Part shown: piece after piece, positions 55,747 to 59,596 of the stretch | Position numbering within the stretch: the first letter of the stretch is position 1 | Layout: each line of letters begins with the position of its first letter | Assembly: GCA_021848025.1 (NCBI GenBank) | Contig: JAJZND010000025.1 | Span: 44,718-104,313, forward strand | DNA from: Candidatus Micrarchaeota archaeon | GTDB lineage: Archaea > Micrarchaeota > Micrarchaeia > Micrarchaeales > CABMGC01 | Reading direction: 5' to 3' | Length of the DNA stretch: 59,596 nucleotides | Notes under the pieces: model-generated | Database searches by the model: none | Seen by the model: only the letters and a program-made list of their open reading frames with translations | Told to the model about the DNA's origin: nothing | Made by a program: the position numbers and the translations under genes

Positions 55747-56304
55747 TTATGTTGAAACATTTATTGCATTCTCGAGCTGGCCCAGCGTGGAAGCAAGCGG
55801 GCTGCCGGAATACAACACTCTTCCATTACTTGAAATTACGTAATATATGTCAAGGTAGCCTTTGGGGTCATACGCTGCTGTCATGTTGTATCCGGATATC
55901 GCAGGTATCACTGTGCCGCTGGAGTACGCAGCAGGAGCATATGACATTACAAAATTGGATATGAGCGGACCGTTGTAACCGAGATCTTTGTAAAGCTCAA
56001 CCTCGATAACTTTTATGCCGCGCTGCCTGAAAAATTGGTAGCTCTGGTTTAGAACCTCATCGCCCTGAACGCATCCAGGGCACCATGTTGTAACAAACCA
56101 GAGCACCGTCGTATGGCCTCTGTATGCAGATAGGCTGACTGTTGAGCCGTTTGCCGCTATAAAGTGGTAATTAGGAGCCAATGAACCTACAGTTACGTTT
56201 TGCACACCCGTAGCTGTTCCGGCTCGGCCTGAAGTTAGAAACACGAGTATAGCCACAATTGCAACTGCCACTATCGCAGCAATTATTATCTTATTATTTT
56301 TCAT
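55747..56304 (-). CDS. membrane-anchored thioredoxin-fold (TlpA/redoxin-like) protein
   Basis: N-terminal anchor MKNNKIIIAAIVAVAIVAILVF and the CxxC active site in VLWFVTTWCPGCVQ. The start at 56304 overlaps the upstream stop by ATGA. Confidence 0.7.
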   Translation of the reverse strand: MKNNKIIIAAIVAVAIVAILVFLTSGRAGTATGVQNVTVGSLAPNYHFIAANGSTVSLSAYRGHTTVLWFVTTWCPGCVQGDEVLNQSYQFFRQRGIKVIEVELYKDLGYNGPLISNFVMSYAPAAYSSGTVIPAISGYNMTAAYDPKGYLDIYYVISSNGRVLYSGSPLASTLGQLENAINVST

Positions 56305-56894
56305 TTTCTCACTATACAACATTTTGCAATATTCCTTGATGTAAGGAAGATTCCCAGAACAAGCAGGACCGCTGAGACAGCTATTAAAGGCGTTTCGTAC
56401 GTGGCGAATGGACCCTGCAATGCTCCTGAAGTGCTTATTATTGTAGATGTTGAAGAGCCCAAGACAGCGAGTAGGCTTGGTATTAGAGTGCTGCAGCAAA
56501 GGCTGCTAGGAACTATTGCCGCTATTGCCGCTATTGCCGCTATTGCCGCGCCAAGGCCAAGCTTTCCGCTCGACGCGGCATTTCTTGCAAATGCAAATAC
56601 GTTTACCACAATGGCCAGTGAGAATAAGGTACTGATTATTGCAGAGGCAGCCAGGGAATATATGTTCAGACCCAAGGCAAGTTTTGGTTGTGCAATGTTT
56701 ATAGAAGAAGATGAAATCAGATAACCGTATGCAATAAAGAAAAGCACTGCCATGAGAAGAAACGCTGCGAGGTATGCGCCATTACTTAATACAAGGCGCA
56801 GTGCATTCGTTGCATCATTTATTCTGCCCATAATATATGAATGGCTAATCATATTTATATGTTTTACGGATTTCAGGCTTTGCAACTCTGCCAT
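56301..56894 (-). CDS. membrane protein with two vicinal Cys pairs, candidate MerF/MerT-like Hg(II) transporter
   Basis: About four helices. One CC pair lies inside a helix (IVPSSLCCSTLIPSLLAVLG, cf. the CCxxP(L/V)L pattern of MerT/MerF/MerC). A second CC lies in the C-terminal tail (NIAKCCIVRK). It is the first gene of the mer-like operon. Confidence 0.4.
   Translation of the reverse strand: MAELQSLKSVKHINMISHSYIMGRINDATNALRLVLSNGAYLAAFLLMAVLFFIAYGYLISSSSINIAQPKLALGLNIYSLAASAIISTLFSLAIVVNVFAFARNAASSGKLGLGAAIAAIAAIAAIVPSSLCCSTLIPSLLAVLGSSTSTIISTSGALQGPFATYETPLIAVSAVLLVLGIFLTSRNIAKCCIVRK
56514..56549. repeat. perfect 9-bp tandem repeat, four copies (TATTGCCGC)x4, inside the candidate Hg transporter gene
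   Basis: Read directly: tattgccgc tattgccgc tattgccgc tattgccgc. On the minus strand it encodes AAIAAIAAIAAI. Confidence 0.9.
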
Positions 56895-56898
56895 TCAA

Positions 56899-58263
56899 CT
56901 AAATGAATCTGCCGAATACCTTCTTCAATTCCCCAAAGGCTCTTACTTCGCTGCGCTTAGGCACCGCAGTTGCCGCAGGTTTTATGATCTTGTTGCTCTC
57001 CAAAACCTTCCTGAATGCGTAAAACAGCAGGGCTATTACTGCAAGCGCCAAAGCTATGGAAAAGCCTTCGCCAAAGAGATATGCAAGCATAACCCCTATG
57101 CTTCCAAGCGCGAGCACTGGCACAATTACGAATCTGCGTGAATATATGAAACCGCGACTGCCTGCATGGTCTTTCTTCAGAGCTATGTTCAGTGCAGCGA
57201 TATCGACTATGCCATATGCGATGAGTATGGCTGAGTTCGATGCCTCCACGATGGTGCCGAAAGACACCAGCACCATAAAGACTATGCTGAGCGCCAATGT
57301 AACGAGTATCGCATTTATTGGCGTTGAGAATTTGTCTATGGAGCCGAGAAAACCCGGCAACTCCCTGTCACGCCCCATGGCAAAGAAAACTCTGGAAACG
57401 CCCAGTATTCCGGTAAAGGCTACGCCTGCTGTTGCGGTGACGCCGCCCAGCGCTATAAGCGAGCCAAGGAGATTATTGTGCAGCACGGCTATTGCGACAG
57501 AAAGCGGAGCGGAGGAGTGCGCCATGGTGCTGTACGGCACAAGACCGACTGCAACAAGCCCTATTGCAATATAAAATATTGTAGAAATGGCTATTGAGAG
57601 TATAATCGCCTTTGGTATTGTGCGCTCCGGATCTACGACCTCTTCGCTTATGGTAGTCACCCTGGAGAAGCCAGTGAAGGCAAAGAAGATTATTGATGCG
57701 CCAAAGAGCGTTCCTGCGAATCCGTTCGGGAAGAGTTCAGCGAAATTTACAAGCTTGAATGCACCGAGCCCGAAGGCTATGAAAGCAACAAGCACAATTA
57801 TATTTATGAATACAAGGAAGGTTATCGTCTTTGCAGAATTTTTAATCCCGTAAATATTGATCAGGGCGAATGCTATTATTGTGCCTACCGCAAATGCCAG
57901 TACAGGGAAGGAGGTTCCAAGAAGTACATTGGCATAGTTTCCAAGGCTCAGCGAGACCGCAGCTATGGCTATTATGTTTCCGAATATCCACATCCAGCCG
58001 CCTATGAATCCTGCGAATGGAGAAAACGCACTTTTTGCATATTCGTATGTGCCACCTTCCTTTGCTACGCTCATTGCTATTCTGGAGAAGCAGATACCGG
58101 TAAGCGTAGCGACTATCGCTGATATCAATATGGAAATAAATATAGATGGGCCTGAATGGCCTATCGCTATGCCTATTATTACGAATATTCCTGCGCCTAT
58201 TATGGCGCCCAGGTTTATCATTACCGCATCAAAGAGCGTTATTGTGCGCTTTAGTTCGTACAT
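56899..58263 (-). CDS. amino acid permease (APC superfamily)
   Basis: NLGAIIGAGIFVIIG N-terminal motif and about 12 helices. It is paralogous in pattern to 42675-44012. Confidence 0.8.
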   Translation of the reverse strand: MYELKRTITLFDAVMINLGAIIGAGIFVIIGIAIGHSGPSIFISILISAIVATLTGICFSRIAMSVAKEGGTYEYAKSAFSPFAGFIGGWMWIFGNIIAIAAVSLSLGNYANVLLGTSFPVLAFAVGTIIAFALINIYGIKNSAKTITFLVFINIIVLVAFIAFGLGAFKLVNFAELFPNGFAGTLFGASIIFFAFTGFSRVTTISEEVVDPERTIPKAIILSIAISTIFYIAIGLVAVGLVPYSTMAHSSAPLSVAIAVLHNNLLGSLIALGGVTATAGVAFTGILGVSRVFFAMGRDRELPGFLGSIDKFSTPINAILVTLALSIVFMVLVSFGTIVEASNSAILIAYGIVDIAALNIALKKDHAGSRGFIYSRRFVIVPVLALGSIGVMLAYLFGEGFSIALALAVIALLFYAFRKVLESNKIIKPAATAVPKRSEVRAFGELKKVFGRFI

Positions 58264-58297
58264 GCACTAGCCTGCTTTGCATACTCTTGCTTTTATT

Positions 58298-58383
58298 TGC
58301 AGGGGGAGAGATTTGAACTCTCGCATCCGCTATGGAAACGGGTCCTAAGCCCGTCGCATTTGGCCAGGCTCTGCCACCCCTGC
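58298..58383 (-). tRNA. tRNA-Leu (anticodon UAG), type II with long variable arm
   Basis: Acceptor GCAGGGG/CCCCTGC, anticodon arm ACGGG-CTTAGGA-CCCGT, long variable arm, T arm GAGAG-TTCAAAT-CTCTC, discriminator A. No CCA is encoded. Confidence 0.9.
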
Positions 58384-58409
58384 ACTTAACAAAGATACTT
58401 TGTTGTAAA

Positions 58410-58420
58410 GTATTTATTAG
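58410..58420 (-). promoter_or_regulatory. TATA-like box upstream of tRNA-Leu, in the divergent region shared with serS
   Basis: The minus strand reads CTAATAAATAC, centred about 30 nt upstream of the tRNA 5' end. Confidence 0.35.
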
Positions 58421-58448
58421 TATACCACGCATATTCTAGTGTTGTATT

Positions 58449-59596
58449 ATGATAACTGCAAGATATGTAAGGGAGAATATCGACGCCATCAGGAAATCCT
58501 TAGACAAGAGGAAGAGCACATACCCGATTGATGAACTGCTTGCGCTTGACGAGGAGTACAGAAAACTGCAGAAAGAAGCGCAGGTGCTCAGGGAGAAGAG
58601 GAATAAGGGCAGCAAAGAGGTTTCTGATGCGAGGAAAGAAGGCAGGGACGCAGATTCCAAGATAGAGGAGCTTTCCGTTATAAAGCAGAGGCTGGAGGAG
58701 ATAGAGACAAAGATGCCCACATATGAAGAGAGGATCTCTTACTACCTGCTTAATATGCCGAATGTGCTTGACGATTCTGTGCCATACGGCAAGGACGAGA
58801 ACGAAAACAAGGTGGTGAAGAGCGTGGGCAGGTCAGAAGCCAAGGAAATGCCTACTCATGAGGAGACGCTTCTTGCACTTGATCTTCTTGACCTTGAACA
58901 GGCGGCAAAAGTTTCAGGAGCAAGGTTCTATTACCTCAAGGGAGACCTCGCACTGCTAGAGCAGGCGCTCATCAGGTTTGCAATAGATGAGATGGTAAAG
59001 AAGGGTTACATGCTTATTGCGCCGCCGCTGATGCTGAGGAATGAATTTTACAGGGGAGTCACTGCGATAGGCGATTTTGAGGAGTCGCTCTACAAGGTGG
59101 AGGACCCCACGGAGGTTGAGGAGGGCAATGACCTGGAGAGGATGAAAGATGAGCTCTTTCTTATCGCAACTTCCGAACATGCTATCGCGGCGCTGAATGC
59201 GGAGAAGGTATTTTCAGGGAAAGAGCTGCCGAAGAGATACGTAGGCGTAAGCCCGTGCTTCAGGCGCGAGGCAGGTTCGCACGGGAAGGACAGCAAAGGC
59301 ATCTTCCGCGTGCATCAATTCTACAAGGTGGAGCAGTTTATCGTCTCTAAGCCGCAGGATTCCTGGCGCATGTTTGATGAGCTTATCAAAAACACGGAGC
59401 AGCTCTTCGAAAAGCTTGGCATACCGTACAGGATAGTCAACATCTGCACTGGCGACATAGGCATTGTGGCTGCAAAGAAGTTTGACCTGGAAGCCTTCAT
59501 GCCGGGCCAGGGGAAGTACCGCGAAATGGCCTCGTGCTCCAACTGCACTGACTGGCAGGCGCTAAGGCTGGACATAAAATATGATGAAGCCGGGGA
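58449..59596 (+). CDS. serS: seryl-tRNA synthetase, 3' end outside the window
   Basis: This ORF is absent from the ORF track because no stop lies in the window. Translation from ATG 58449 gives MITARYVRENIDAIRKSLDKRK... (N-terminal coiled coil) and later the class II motif 2 region VGVSPCFRREAGSHGKDSKGIFRVHQFYKVEQF. Confidence 0.9.
   Translation, partial: MITARYVRENIDAIRKSLDKRKSTYPIDELLALDEEYRKLQKEAQVLREKRNKGSKEVSDARKEGRDADSKIEELSVIKQRLEEIETKMPTYEERISYYLLNMPNVLDDSVPYGKDENENKVVKSVGRSEAKEMPTHEETLLALDLLDLEQAAKVSGARFYYLKGDLALLEQALIRFAIDEMVKKGYMLIAPPLMLRNEFYRGVTAIGDFEESLYKVEDPTEVEEGNDLERMKDELFLIATSEHAIAALNAEKVFSGKELPKRYVGVSPCFRREAGSHGKDSKGIFRVHQFYKVEQFIVSKPQDSWRMFDELIKNTEQLFEKLGIPYRIVNICTGDIGIVAAKKFDLEAFMPGQGKYREMASCSNCTDWQALRLDIKYDEAG

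Noticed and set aside
56305-56499. Long version of the thioredoxin-like ORF, overlapping the upstream membrane-protein gene by about 200 nt
   Set aside because: The internal ATG at 56304 gives a normal signal-anchor N-terminus (MKNNKIIIAAIV...). It also forms an ATGA stop-start overlap with the upstream gene, so the long extension is unnecessary.
56401-56724. 107-aa plus-strand ORF containing IAAIAAIAAIAA
   Set aside because: It is a mirror image of the 9-bp tandem repeat on the antisense strand of the candidate Hg transporter gene and has no independent support.
58436-58720. 94-aa minus-strand ORF listed in the track
   Set aside because: It lies antisense to the N-terminal coiled-coil region of seryl-tRNA synthetase. 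That gene is missing from the track only because it runs off the window without a stop codon.

Overview
This window is an archaeal chromosomal segment with about 55 protein genes and 4 tRNA genes. I found no rRNA and no CRISPR array. Archaeal hallmarks seen directly: an intron-containing tRNA-Ala, tRNA genes without encoded CCA next to a class I CCA-adding enzyme, archease, form III RuBisCO with the AMP-salvage partners, isopentenyl phosphate kinase, archaeal-type PPAT, and pilin-like proteins with class III signal peptides. The S/T/N-rich surface proteins and this gene set would fit a DPANN (Micrarchaeota-like) or Thermoplasmata-like acidophile, but I cannot assign lineage from sequence alone.

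Layout:
- 1-6.2 kb: type IV pilin-like locus with a 1089-aa multi-LamG pilin-adhesin.
- 7-12 kb: apgM, divergent from an e2b2-rbcL-deoA AMP-salvage operon.
- 12.4-16.1 kb: tightly coupled MacB/FtsX-type ABC transporter with a large surface protein.
- 16.1-19.2 kb: archease, an archaeosortase-like protein and a Nudix-UDG fusion.
- 19.3-25.2 kb: an AT-rich island of about 5.9 kb inserted at tRNA-Ile, with a decayed integrase and a degenerate copy of the tRNA 3' half at its far end.
- 25-34 kb: heme O synthase, a cytochrome b-like protein, an antiporter, an aldo/keto reductase and an HxlR regulator.
- 34-42 kb: radical SAM protein, tRNA-Ala, cca, PolX, tag, PPAT, IPK and an M20 peptidase.
- 45.7-53.7 kb: cobalamin-centred neighbourhood (PduO-type adenosyltransferase, BtuFCD-like importer, class II RNR).
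- 54-56.9 kb: compact four-gene mercury-resistance-like operon.
- Then tRNA-Leu and a partial serS.

The best candidate for an undescribed system is the island's four-gene minus-strand cassette (20023-24942). It encodes an unknown 174-aa protein, a candidate restriction endonuclease, an SPPY-type beta-class DNA methyltransferase, and a 918-aa UvrD-like helicase fused to a Cas4/AddB-like 4-Cys nuclease. All functional calls rest on motifs read by eye. No database search was possible.
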